Positions 25,588 through 34,474 of a DNA stretch of 45,421 bases are shown here, piece by piece. Origin of the DNA: a bacterium (GTDB lineage Bacteria; Patescibacteriota; Microgenomatia; JAMCZE01). A model generated the notes under the pieces. That model did no database searches and was not told the DNA's origin. It was given only the letters and a program-made list of their open reading frames with translations. The stretch covers positions 1 to 45,421 of the forward strand of contig JAJYKY010000002.1 in the NCBI GenBank assembly GCA_021788195.1, given 5' to 3'. A program made the position numbers and the translations under genes. Every line of letters starts with the position of its first letter. Positions within the stretch are counted from its first letter, which is position 1.

Positions 25588-27198
25588 ATGTTTTGGGAAT
25601 TTATCTCCGTAATTTTAGGACCGCATGTCTGGGCGCCGGTGCTGATTTTTTTTACCGTCCTTAAATCGGGCCTGAATCCGGGCAGGATGGCGCTTTCGTT
25701 TCTGATTCTTTTGGTTTTTCAGTTTTTAGTTCCGCTGGGGTTTGTTTATTATCTTCGTTGGACCGGCCAAACTAAAAGATGGGATGTGCCGGAGCTGGGC
25801 GTTCGGTTTAAAGCCATTCTCGTCGGATTAGCCTCGATATCCCTCTCCTTGGTTTGGGTCTATTTTTTCGGCAACTTTTTTCTTTTCAAAATGACCTGGC
25901 TTTTAATTATTCTGGGTGTCGTTTCGGCTGGTATCACCAAATTCTGGAAGATAAGCCTTCACTCCGGAATAAACGCGGCCGGATCAGTTGTCCTGAATTT
26001 TTTATTTGGCGGGAGTTTACCCTGGTTGTATCTGTCAATTCCTTTGGTATTTCTGGCCCGGCGGAAGTTAAAAAGGCATTCCTGGACGCAGCTTATCGCC
26101 GGAACCCTTCTCGGCGGCGGTTTAACCCTGGCGTTTCTTTGGGCTTTTTTCCCGGGCAAAGTTTTGGCAGCCGAAAAAAGTTATTATTTTCCCAAAGTTA
26201 CCATTGAGGTAAAAATTAACCCTGACCGGTCGGCGGATTTTCTGGAAAAGCGGACGGCGGCGTTTACCGGAAGTTTTACCCGGATTTATTGGGATATTCC
26301 GCTGAAAAATGGCCAGGCCATGGAAAACATTTTGGCGGGGGAGGAAGTTGCCGGGCAGAGGGTAATTTACGGACAACTGCCGACAGCAGATCCCGGCCGA
26401 CCGCCGAAAAAGTACGCCGTCAGCCGCAATTCTGACGGCAGTTACCATATTGAACTGTACCAGGCATCAACCAACCAGATCCGAACTTTCCTTTTGTCCT
26501 ACCGGGTAACCAATGCCGTGACGAAATACCAGGATGTCGGCGAATTTTACTGGAAGGTTATCGGGCCAGGCTGGGAGGCCCGGACGGATCAGGCACTGAT
26601 AACGGTAACGGTACCGGAGGACGTGGGCCCGCAGGGCATATATATCTGGGGGCACGGACCGTTAAACGGTAAAGCCGCGATTGTCGACGGGAAAACTGCC
26701 ACTTTTTCGGTAAATGACTTACCCGGGAAAACTTTCGTCGAAGTTCGGGAACTTTTCCCGGCCTACATTATTTCCGGCCGGCCGATCTCCGAAGACCATT
26801 TGGCCTTGGCTCGGGCCGCGGAAGAGAAATTTCAGGAAGAGACGGTTATCCGGGAACAGGTTAAGGTGATTTTAACGGTCAGCGCGGTCCTCATCTTTAT
26901 CGGCTGGATTCTTTTCTGGTTTAGCGTCTGGAAAAAATACGGCCGGGAATACAAAATCGAAAATATCCCGGAATATGTTCACTTCCCGCCGAGTAAACTG
27001 GCTCCGGCTCTGGTCGAAGCCCTGATTTCCCAGGAACAGTCGGTCACGTCAAACTCTTTTTCGGCGACGATTTTAGACCTGGCCCGGAAAAAATTATTAA
27101 AATTGAGGCCCGGGAAACCTGGTCAAAGGGGATTCTGGGGATGGGCGGCAAAAGGCAATACTCCTATATCCTTCACCTGCAGGAGAAAACGTTTTTGA
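25588..27198 (+). CDS. PAP2-like membrane domain fused to the N-terminal part of a DUF2207 protein (5' segment of a frame-broken gene)
   Basis: KISLHSG and RRKLKRHSWTQ (PAP2-like motifs), then a YYFPKVTIEVKINPD...FTGSFTRIYWDIP ectodomain and TM helices. The last 35 or so aa look like frame noise. Confidence 0.6.
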   Translation: MFWEFISVILGPHVWAPVLIFFTVLKSGLNPGRMALSFLILLVFQFLVPLGFVYYLRWTGQTKRWDVPELGVRFKAILVGLASISLSLVWVYFFGNFFLFKMTWLLIILGVVSAGITKFWKISLHSGINAAGSVVLNFLFGGSLPWLYLSIPLVFLARRKLKRHSWTQLIAGTLLGGGLTLAFLWAFFPGKVLAAEKSYYFPKVTIEVKINPDRSADFLEKRTAAFTGSFTRIYWDIPLKNGQAMENILAGEEVAGQRVIYGQLPTADPGRPPKKYAVSRNSDGSYHIELYQASTNQIRTFLLSYRVTNAVTKYQDVGEFYWKVIGPGWEARTDQALITVTVPEDVGPQGIYIWGHGPLNGKAAIVDGKTATFSVNDLPGKTFVEVRELFPAYIISGRPISEDHLALARAAEEKFQEETVIREQVKVILTVSAVLIFIGWILFWFSVWKKYGREYKIENIPEYVHFPPSKLAPALVEALISQEQSVTSNSFSATILDLARKKLLKLRPGKPGQRGFWGWAAKGNTPISFTCRRKRF

Positions 27199-27968
27199 CC
27201 AATGAGACGCTCGCGGGTTTTGAAAAAGACGCCCTGTCCTTTGTTTTTGAAGGCGGAAACACTCCGGATCTGCCTTTGGAAAGGCTAAAGGGCCGGATGA
27301 AAAACCAGCCGTTGGTGACTCAAACTTTTTTTGACGGCTGGAAGAAAACAATTCAGGAGCAAGCTGATCAAAAAGATTTTGTCGAAGAAGAAAGCAAAAA
27401 ATGGCGGACGCGGTTTATTTTCTGGCACACGATTATGGCCGTCTGCCTGATTTTTCTCATAATTGTTTCCGGCCGGAGCGGATTTTTGGCTTTGGCCATT
27501 AACGTCCTTATTTTCGGGACGATCGGTTTTGCCTACGCCAGCCGGGTGTTTTTGCGTTGGGCGAAACCGGCGGAAATAGAGGCCAAACAATGGGAGGGGT
27601 TTAAGCATTTTTTGGAGGATTTTTCTCACTTCAAAAACGAACTGCCGCAGGCTTTAACGATTTGGGAGGAAATGCTGGTTTACGGTACGGCTCTGGGGGT
27701 GGCTAAACAGGTCCTAAAATACGTGCCTCTAATTTTAAGTCAGCCCGGTGCGGCCGTTCCTTACTGGTACTACACGACAAACCAAAGCGGCCAAATTGTT
27801 TCTTCGGATTTCTCGAGCGGGCTGGGACAGAGTTTTGCGGCTTCTTTTGGGGAAAACCTTTCCGCGATGTCTTCAGCTTTCTCTTCCTCTTTCAGTTCCG
27901 GTTCCGGCGGAGGATTTTCCGGGGGCGGTGGGGGCGGGGGCGGTGGGGGCGGGGGTGGGGCCGACTAG
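27141..27968 (+). CDS. C-terminal part of the DUF2207 protein (3' segment of the same frame-broken gene)
   Basis: TM pair, WEGFKHFLEDF, LVYGTALGVA, and the poly-Gly tail FSGGGGGGGGGGGGGAD typical of DUF2207. The frame stays open upstream to at least 27042. Confidence 0.65.
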   Translation: MGGKRQYSYILHLQEKTFLTNETLAGFEKDALSFVFEGGNTPDLPLERLKGRMKNQPLVTQTFFDGWKKTIQEQADQKDFVEEESKKWRTRFIFWHTIMAVCLIFLIIVSGRSGFLALAINVLIFGTIGFAYASRVFLRWAKPAEIEAKQWEGFKHFLEDFSHFKNELPQALTIWEEMLVYGTALGVAKQVLKYVPLILSQPGAAVPYWYYTTNQSGQIVSSDFSSGLGQSFAASFGENLSAMSSAFSSSFSSGSGGGFSGGGGGGGGGGGGGAD

Positions 27969-28417
27969 TAGCGGGGAATCTCCGGAGAATACTGGCCGAC
28001 CAGTTCCGCCTTGGCGATAACATTATTTTTCAGGGCGTCTTCAAAATCATCGCGGACAGCGCCTGATTCCAGATCCAGAGTTTTATTTAACGCGGATAGC
28101 AGGAAACGGTAATGGTGGACACCTTCCGGCGGGCAGGGTGCAACATACCCGATCTGACCGGCACTGTTGGTTCCCTGAACGGCCGTCGAAGGGATATTGC
28201 CTTCGCCCAGTTCCAAAGTTTCCGGCGGGATGTTCCAGATAAGCCAGTGGGTAAAAATTCCGTCGGGTGCGTCCGGATCATCCATGAGCAAAGCCAGACT
28301 TTGGGTGCCTTCGGGAACATCGACAATTTCAAGGGGCGGAATAAGTCCGTCCCCGTCGCAGGTGTATTGAGACGGAATTGATCCCTGATTTTCAAAAGCG
28401 TAGCTGGATATGGTCAT
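27965..28417 (-). CDS. YbhB/YbcL family PEBP (Raf kinase inhibitor-like) protein
   Basis: YTCDGDG, LMDDPDAP, HWLIWNIP, and GVHHYRF. Confidence 0.9.
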   Translation of the reverse strand: MTISSYAFENQGSIPSQYTCDGDGLIPPLEIVDVPEGTQSLALLMDDPDAPDGIFTHWLIWNIPPETLELGEGNIPSTAVQGTNSAGQIGYVAPCPPEGVHHYRFLLSALNKTLDLESGAVRDDFEDALKNNVIAKAELVGQYSPEIPRY

Positions 28418-28482
28418 GGAAAAAGACTAAAACCCGGGAAGTAAAGGACGACCATGATTCGGTAAGTGCATGGTAAGAATAT

Positions 28483-29823
28483 TCAGGCCAGAAGATCCAA
28501 AGCTACCGCAGCGGACCAGGCCTGCTGCCGGCAGCCTGTCTGGCCGGAAGTGGATTTAAATTCAAGGTAATCGCCGTTGTCACCTTTTTGATAGAGCTCT
28601 ACCGGCGTGTTAAAATACGCCAGAGCTTTAATAGTGGCCTGCTTTAAGAGATTGGCTTCTTCGGTGTAGCCCCAAAGAGCTAAACCTTCATGAGCTTCGC
28701 CGTTTAACTTCGGCCAGAAACTGCCGTTGTGGTAGGAATCTCTTCCCGGATTAAAAGTCGGCGACAGAGTGCTCATGGTTCTGATCCCGCCGTCGGGATC
28801 AAAAAGATCCGGCAGAAAAGACCGGCGGACCAGGCTTTCAACGTGTTTATTTTCCAGAACGGACTCTAAAATTCCGTCCTCTTTGTAACTGGTCCAGAGC
28901 AAAAGCAGGGGGTTGCCCGTAATGGTTCTTATCTGTTTTTTGTTTCCGTCGAGGGCCTGGGCCGGGAAAATAAATCCCCGGTCGGAAAACAAAAACTTTT
29001 TGTTAAAAGTTTTTTTAAGACTGGTGGCCTGAGCTAAAAGTTTTACCGCTTTTTCGGGAGAGGTTTTTTGGAAAAGATCGGCCCAGAGTTTTAAGGCCAG
29101 CCAGGCATAACCCTGGACTTCTACCGGGGCAATCGGATAGGGCGGAATTCTCCCGTCCGCCTGGCGCAGGGATTCGTTGGAATCGGTCCAGGATTGGATC
29201 AGTAAACCCCCGGATTTCCTGGTTTTGGGAAAGTCGTATTCCAGCAGAAAATCGCCGTCCTTGTCTCCGAATTTTATGAGCCATTCCAGACCGAGTTCGA
29301 TAGCCGGAAAATTTTCTAAAATAAAATTTTCGTTGCCGGTAACCTGCCAATAACGATAAAGAGCGATAAGGGTCAGGGGAGTGGAATCAACCGAATCATA
29401 GTTACGCAATTTTCCGTCAGGATAGATATACCAGGGCCGTTCGTTGTTTACCAGATGATCGTATTTATCTTTCCGGTATTCATGGATAAACTTTCCCGGT
29501 TCTTCGCCGCTTTCAATGTTTATTTCCCGGCCCTGAAGATTAACCAGTGTCGTAAGCACCCGGCGGCACATGTTTAGAAGCCGGGCTTTATCAATAAGGG
29601 AAGAATCGGGATTTCGTTCCAGAACCTTGAGAACTTTCAGGACGGTGATCGCACTGTCCCGGCCGAAAGTACAGCCAAAAAGTTCCTCGCGGGCAGACGC
29701 GTTAATCCCTTCTTCAGTAATTAAAGAAAGAAGGGTGTTGTAGGCAATGGGGAATAATTGACTGTCCATGGGCAGAGGAAGATGTTCATAAAGACGCATG
29801 ATCCAGAATGCAATTATTAGCAC
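28483..29823 (-). CDS. amylo-alpha-1,6-glucosidase / glycogen-debranching-type (GDE_C) enzyme
   Basis: FGRDSAITVL, and YHNGSFWP in an (alpha/alpha)6-like region. The start is uncertain (GTG 29823 or downstream ATGs). Confidence 0.75.
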   Translation of the reverse strand: MLIIAFWIMRLYEHLPLPMDSQLFPIAYNTLLSLITEEGINASAREELFGCTFGRDSAITVLKVLKVLERNPDSSLIDKARLLNMCRRVLTTLVNLQGREINIESGEEPGKFIHEYRKDKYDHLVNNERPWYIYPDGKLRNYDSVDSTPLTLIALYRYWQVTGNENFILENFPAIELGLEWLIKFGDKDGDFLLEYDFPKTRKSGGLLIQSWTDSNESLRQADGRIPPYPIAPVEVQGYAWLALKLWADLFQKTSPEKAVKLLAQATSLKKTFNKKFLFSDRGFIFPAQALDGNKKQIRTITGNPLLLLWTSYKEDGILESVLENKHVESLVRRSFLPDLFDPDGGIRTMSTLSPTFNPGRDSYHNGSFWPKLNGEAHEGLALWGYTEEANLLKQATIKALAYFNTPVELYQKGDNGDYLEFKSTSGQTGCRQQAWSAAVALDLLA

Positions 29824-29864
29824 CCGGGCTATTGGGTTGCAAGGGGGAAAACAAAACCTTTTCC

Positions 29865-30902
29865 TTATTTCCTGCGTTTTTTCAGGATTCTCTCAAAAAT
29901 TCGGAGATAGCCGTCAGTCATTTTTGCAGCGCTGAAATTTTCCAAAGCATATTTCCGGCATTCCTCCCTGCTGATGGTCGGGATTTTGTCCACCGCGTCA
30001 ATCATCTGGTCAATATTGTTAATGACAAAACCGGTTTTGCCGTTTTTAATCACTTCCGGAATTGACCCATTGCGAAAACCGATGACCGGACAGCCGCAGG
30101 CCATAGCTTCAATCATGGTTAGTCCGAACGGTTCGGGCCAGGTAACCGGGTGAAGCAGACAGTAAGCCCGGGACATCAGTTTGTTGCGATCGTTTTGGGT
30201 CACTTCCCCGACCCATTGGATTTGGTCCGAAAGCCGGGGACCGATATATTCCTCAAAATACGGCATATCCAGATTTTCCAGTTTAGCGGCGATAATTAAG
30301 GGTAAGTTAAGATACTGGGCTGTTTCGATCGCAAAATGAACGCCCTTTTCTAAGGAAATCCGGCCGACAAAAAGCAGGTAGCCGTCGTTCTCAGCCGAGA
30401 AAGGAAAGTCGTCCATGGGCAAACCGTTGTAAACCGTTCCGGCCCAATTTAAAGATGGGGCGCCGCGGGCTTGACTTCTGGAAATGGAAACGAAATGGGC
30501 TTTTTTACCGAGGGGAACATAAATCCGCCGGTTTATCGGATCAAACGAACCGTGAAGAGTCATAACTACCGGGGTCCTGGCAATATTGGCAGCGGGTAAA
30601 CTTAAGAAGCCGTTATGGTCATGGATAATATCAAACTCGTCCTGCCGGTCGTAGGCCATTCCGAGATTGAGCATAGTCCAGATATTGGTCCCGTAAATAT
30701 CCTGCATTCGGGCTTCCCGAATTGCCCGCGGGTAAACAGCGACCAGTTTGGCAGCCGTCAGGGAATCGCCGCTGGCAAAAAGGGTGACATCGTGCCCCCG
30801 CCTGACCAACTCTTCAGTCAAGGCCGAGACCACCCGTTCTGTCCCGCCGTATTTTTTTGGCGGGACCCGTTCGATTACCGGAGCCACTTCGGCAATCTTC
30901 AT
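29865..30902 (-). CDS. GT4 (group 1) glycosyltransferase, possible alpha-glucan synthase
   Basis: PKKYGGTERVVSALTEEL, and EPFGLTMIEAMACGCPVI (E-x7-E). Confidence 0.85.
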   Translation of the reverse strand: MKIAEVAPVIERVPPKKYGGTERVVSALTEELVRRGHDVTLFASGDSLTAAKLVAVYPRAIREARMQDIYGTNIWTMLNLGMAYDRQDEFDIIHDHNGFLSLPAANIARTPVVMTLHGSFDPINRRIYVPLGKKAHFVSISRSQARGAPSLNWAGTVYNGLPMDDFPFSAENDGYLLFVGRISLEKGVHFAIETAQYLNLPLIIAAKLENLDMPYFEEYIGPRLSDQIQWVGEVTQNDRNKLMSRAYCLLHPVTWPEPFGLTMIEAMACGCPVIGFRNGSIPEVIKNGKTGFVINNIDQMIDAVDKIPTISREECRKYALENFSAAKMTDGYLRIFERILKKRRK

Positions 30903-31013
30903 AATTTAAAGTTACCCGGGAAAAGAACGGAGTCCGGTAAGAGAAAACAAAGGAAACGGTAGGAATTTTCTTTCCCAACTCGAACAGGCACTTTACCAAA
31001 GAAAAAAACAGGC

Positions 31014-31364
31014 ATGCAAATATGCCACCCTATGGTTATCGGAGCGATGCCGGTCATGTCCGCGAAGGGAGCGATCAGTTATTTGGAAAAGGCGGATTTT
31101 AATCCCGGAGAAATTTCCGTAGTCGGAAGCGATGAAAAAGAAATTGCCGAAATTGCTGATGTTTCCGGGCCGTTAACCGGAACAATCGACAATGTGGAAG
31201 AAAAACTAACCGACCTAGGGATGCCGCCGGAATATGTCGAAGCCTACCGGGAAATCGTTTACAGCGGCGAGGTTTTAGTCGCGATAATCGGCGAAAAAAA
31301 GGAGGAAGCCATTGCCAGAAAGATGCTCTCCCAACATTTAGCGTCTCCGATATTCTTGATCTAA
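31014..31364 (+). CDS. YflT/general-stress-protein-17M-like domain protein
   Basis: Pattern AISYLEKADFNPGEISVVG, and LGMPPEYVEAYREIVYSGEVLVAI. Weak recognition by eye. Confidence 0.4.
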   Translation: MQICHPMVIGAMPVMSAKGAISYLEKADFNPGEISVVGSDEKEIAEIADVSGPLTGTIDNVEEKLTDLGMPPEYVEAYREIVYSGEVLVAIIGEKKEEAIARKMLSQHLASPIFLI

Positions 31365-31436
31365 GAATTCCATCTTTACTTTTACGAAAACTGAGGACTA
31401 AACTTTTTTAGTGTCAGGTTTCTATTCTGGATAAAA

Positions 31437-31733
31437 ATGGGACAGGTCAGAATTTCTATTATTAGGAGACCGGAATCTCCTTGGGGAGATATTGAGAGAG
31501 AAGACGGATTAGTGGAAATTAACGGGCGTTTTTCGATTTCGCAATCGGAGGCGGCGGTGGAAATTAAAAGCCATAATAACGGCCATCATCCGGAAGCCGT
31601 AATCCGGTGGACCTCAAAAAACGGGCATAAATTAGAGGAAGCCCAATCTTTTTCTTTGCCGCCGGAAGGAACGATTCTCGCCTTTCCGGAAGGAGAACTT
31701 CTTTTTATCGTCAAACACGAAACTTCCCGATAA
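31437..31733 (+). CDS. hypothetical protein (98 aa)
   Basis: ORF only. Confidence 0.35.
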   Translation: MGQVRISIIRRPESPWGDIEREDGLVEINGRFSISQSEAAVEIKSHNNGHHPEAVIRWTSKNGHKLEEAQSFSLPPEGTILAFPEGELLFIVKHETSR

Positions 31734-31736
31734 ATT

Positions 31737-32240
31737 TCATCTGATTTTCGCGTGCAGAAAGCCGTGGGCAAAAACTGTCCGGTCTTTGTACCGAATGGTT
31801 TCGAGAGCTATCACCAGAGGAATGGCTTCAAGATTGCGAATCACTTCATAACGGTATTGCCAGTCGCCGTCAGGCTCCGGCGAACAATCTTCAAAAAGCC
31901 GGGTCCGGCCGCTTAATTCGTCAAGTTTACCCTGGTGATATTTTATTATCTGGTCGTGGGTAATTCCGATTTGCCTCAGTTCTTCGTCGGATAAAGTGTC
32001 GCCGGCATAAAGCCGGGTAGCTTTCTCTTCTCCCTGTTGTCCCACTTCCTGGCCGCCGCCCTTAGACCACCCGTCCTGGTATTGTCCGCCGTCGGGGGAA
32101 AGGAAACTGGTGACGGTAAAACGGACGGGACCGCGGTTTACTTTTTCTTTTATGACTTTCCCGAATTCGTTTTTTCCGACATAGCCGGCAAGTAAGCCTT
32201 TGGTCAAAAGTTTTTCCATTTCCGGCGAGTAAGGTTTCAT
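31737..32240 (-). CDS. hypothetical protein (167 aa)
   Basis: The ORF has the extended -10 TGgTAAAAT 6 nt upstream of its ATG. No motif recognised. Confidence 0.5.
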   Translation of the reverse strand: MKPYSPEMEKLLTKGLLAGYVGKNEFGKVIKEKVNRGPVRFTVTSFLSPDGGQYQDGWSKGGGQEVGQQGEEKATRLYAGDTLSDEELRQIGITHDQIIKYHQGKLDELSGRTRLFEDCSPEPDGDWQYRYEVIRNLEAIPLVIALETIRYKDRTVFAHGFLHAKIR

Positions 32241-32312
32241 CGGCGTATTTTACCATAAAACAGCAGTTTAATTGTGGATTTTTGAAGAAAATGTTTTTAC
32301 AATGGGAAAGTT

Positions 32313-33089
32313 GTGAACAATTATAAATTTCTCCGGGAATATTTGGATTTGCAGAAGGGAATTGTGTTTGACGAGCTTCTGGATCTGCCTTTTGCCACCG
32401 TCGGCTATAACAAAAATGATTCGGCCGTTAATCTGAATTTTACCCTGACGGATAAAGTTTTATCCGAAACGGAACTGGCGAAACTGGAAGAAAAATTCAA
32501 AGAAATCAACCGGGTACCGGCGGTTTATTTTGAAAACCGGATTGACCTGGTGGCCCTGGGAGGATTTCTAAATAAACACGGTTATAAAAAAACCAATGAG
32601 GATTCCTGGATGTTTTACGAGGATACGGTTCTGTATCGGGCTAGTTTTGAATCTTTAAAACAGGTGGAAAATGAAAAAGATCTGAAAATATTTTTGCAGA
32701 CTTTCCGCGATTCCTACCGGGATGAAAAGGAAGCAAAATTACCTTTGGGACTGGACGATTATTTAAAACTTTTGCAGAAAGTCTGGAAAGAACACCCGGC
32801 TTCCGACCGGATAGAGTTCTTTTTGGCCTTTCGGGGGGATGAACCGGTGGCGGTGGCAACTTTAACCAATTACGGCGGCATCGGCTATATTTCCAATGTC
32901 GGTTCGATGCCGAGAGTCCGCGGTGAGGGCTACGGCCGGACGGTAACGCTGTACTGCGTTTATAAATCCATGGAGCACAAAAATACTTTCCACTGTCTGG
33001 TAACGGAAGAAGGAACCCACCCGCATGATTTTTATTCCCAACTCGGACTGCGGACCCATTTCCTTGCCCCGCTGTATGTCAAATCTTAA
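32313..33089 (+). CDS. GNAT-family N-acetyltransferase (C-terminal domain)
   Basis: VAVATLTNYGGIGYISNVGSMPRVRGEGYGR (motif A, R-x-x-G-x-G). Confidence 0.6.
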   Translation: MNNYKFLREYLDLQKGIVFDELLDLPFATVGYNKNDSAVNLNFTLTDKVLSETELAKLEEKFKEINRVPAVYFENRIDLVALGGFLNKHGYKKTNEDSWMFYEDTVLYRASFESLKQVENEKDLKIFLQTFRDSYRDEKEAKLPLGLDDYLKLLQKVWKEHPASDRIEFFLAFRGDEPVAVATLTNYGGIGYISNVGSMPRVRGEGYGRTVTLYCVYKSMEHKNTFHCLVTEEGTHPHDFYSQLGLRTHFLAPLYVKS

Positions 33090-33118
33090 ATCCGGGTAAA
33101 ACTGAGCCGTCGGGTTTA

Positions 33119-34216
33119 TTGTCAGACGGTGTATTTCCGGTCAATTCTACACTAAACTTGAGCCGTATGAGAAAATACTCTGTGATCGAAAACGAAAAAG
33201 ATAAACCAGGCCAGAACGAAGTTTCCCATTTTCTCCACCAGGATCTTTTGCCCGGTAACGAAAAAAATTTTTTAGCCGATATTGAGGATAAGACCGGTTT
33301 TATGCCTCGGGAATTACTTAGCCAAAGTCGGTGGTGGGGATCAACCGAGCACGGTGCATCCTTATATCTCGGAGAATATTTGGGTAAAAAAGCGGTCTTA
33401 AAAGTTCAGGAAGCAAAGCCAACATCCAGCGAAATTTGCATGATCGAGAGTTTTGCGCGGGAAAACACCAGCCGGAAACTCCGGCCGCCCTACCTTTATA
33501 CTTCGGTTCCTTGGAATGACGAAACGAAATATGAAGCCTTAATAATGGAATACGTTACCGGGGATAAAGTGATCCATGTGCCAACAACCGCCAGCGAGGT
33601 CAGCCAATTTTTCAAATTATTTGCGGATTATCGGGTCAATTGCCGGCAAAATCCCTGGGTTGCAAAACCTGAGGGAAATCCGGCACAAAAAGTGGCCAGC
33701 AATTTTGCCCGCTGGCGAGATGCCAGCCTAAAGATTTATCCCGATCACCCCCTTCGTGAAGCGGTTGATGCCGACTTAATAGACCGGGCGGTGGCAGTTT
33801 TAAGTGAAGAATATGCCGATATCGAACCGGAATTTGTTCACGGTCATTTTTCCCATGTTGATCTTTATAAAAGCGGAGATCAGGTAGTCGTTTTCTCTAA
33901 TTTATTCTGGTCCTGGCGCCCGCCGTTTTATGACGCAGTCTTCGCTTATCATTGGTTTATTTACCAACTAAACGACGTGTCGTGGATCTCGCCGGAAAAA
34001 GTCGAGGGACAACGAAAACTCTGGCTATCAGAAATTGATAAATTAGTGAAACAACCAAACGATCGGCATCTTTTAAATTTAGCTTTGTTGGAACGGACGG
34101 CGGCCGGGTTAAACCTGGACGCCTTATCCGCCGATCCGGAAAAACAAATTACCCCGTATCTGGTAGCCCGGACCAGAGAGCTATTAAAAAAGTACCTTAA
34201 GGAATTAGGAGCTTGA
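33119..34216 (+). CDS. APH/choline-kinase-like phosphotransferase
   Basis: Brenner-like VHGHFSHVDLY and a downstream VVVFSNLFWSWRPPFYD. The start is probably the ATG at 33167. Confidence 0.5.
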   Translation: MSDGVFPVNSTLNLSRMRKYSVIENEKDKPGQNEVSHFLHQDLLPGNEKNFLADIEDKTGFMPRELLSQSRWWGSTEHGASLYLGEYLGKKAVLKVQEAKPTSSEICMIESFARENTSRKLRPPYLYTSVPWNDETKYEALIMEYVTGDKVIHVPTTASEVSQFFKLFADYRVNCRQNPWVAKPEGNPAQKVASNFARWRDASLKIYPDHPLREAVDADLIDRAVAVLSEEYADIEPEFVHGHFSHVDLYKSGDQVVVFSNLFWSWRPPFYDAVFAYHWFIYQLNDVSWISPEKVEGQRKLWLSEIDKLVKQPNDRHLLNLALLERTAAGLNLDALSADPEKQITPYLVARTRELLKKYLKELGA

Positions 34217-34260
34217 AATAAGAATCAAGGGAAAGGGATTACGGACTTTTAAATAACTTC

Positions 34261-34461
34261 TTACTTGAAAATTATCTGCGTTAAGTCCGGGTCATCGGCG
34301 TCGGTTTCTTGCTTAACGGAAAGGGAATCTTCATGGCCGAACCGGATTCTTTTAGCTGCTTCATTCATCCCGCGTCTTTCGTATTCCCGGGCCAGTTTTT
34401 CGAAAAGGTCTTGGAAATCAACTTTCCCAAAGGTTTGTTCCGGTTTGGTCTCTTTTTTCAT
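34261..34461 (-). CDS. hypothetical acidic 66-aa protein
   Basis: ORF only. Antisense ORFs overlap it. Confidence 0.35.
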   Translation of the reverse strand: MKKETKPEQTFGKVDFQDLFEKLAREYERRGMNEAAKRIRFGHEDSLSVKQETDADDPDLTQIIFK

Positions 34462-34474
34462 AGCAGTCTAAATA

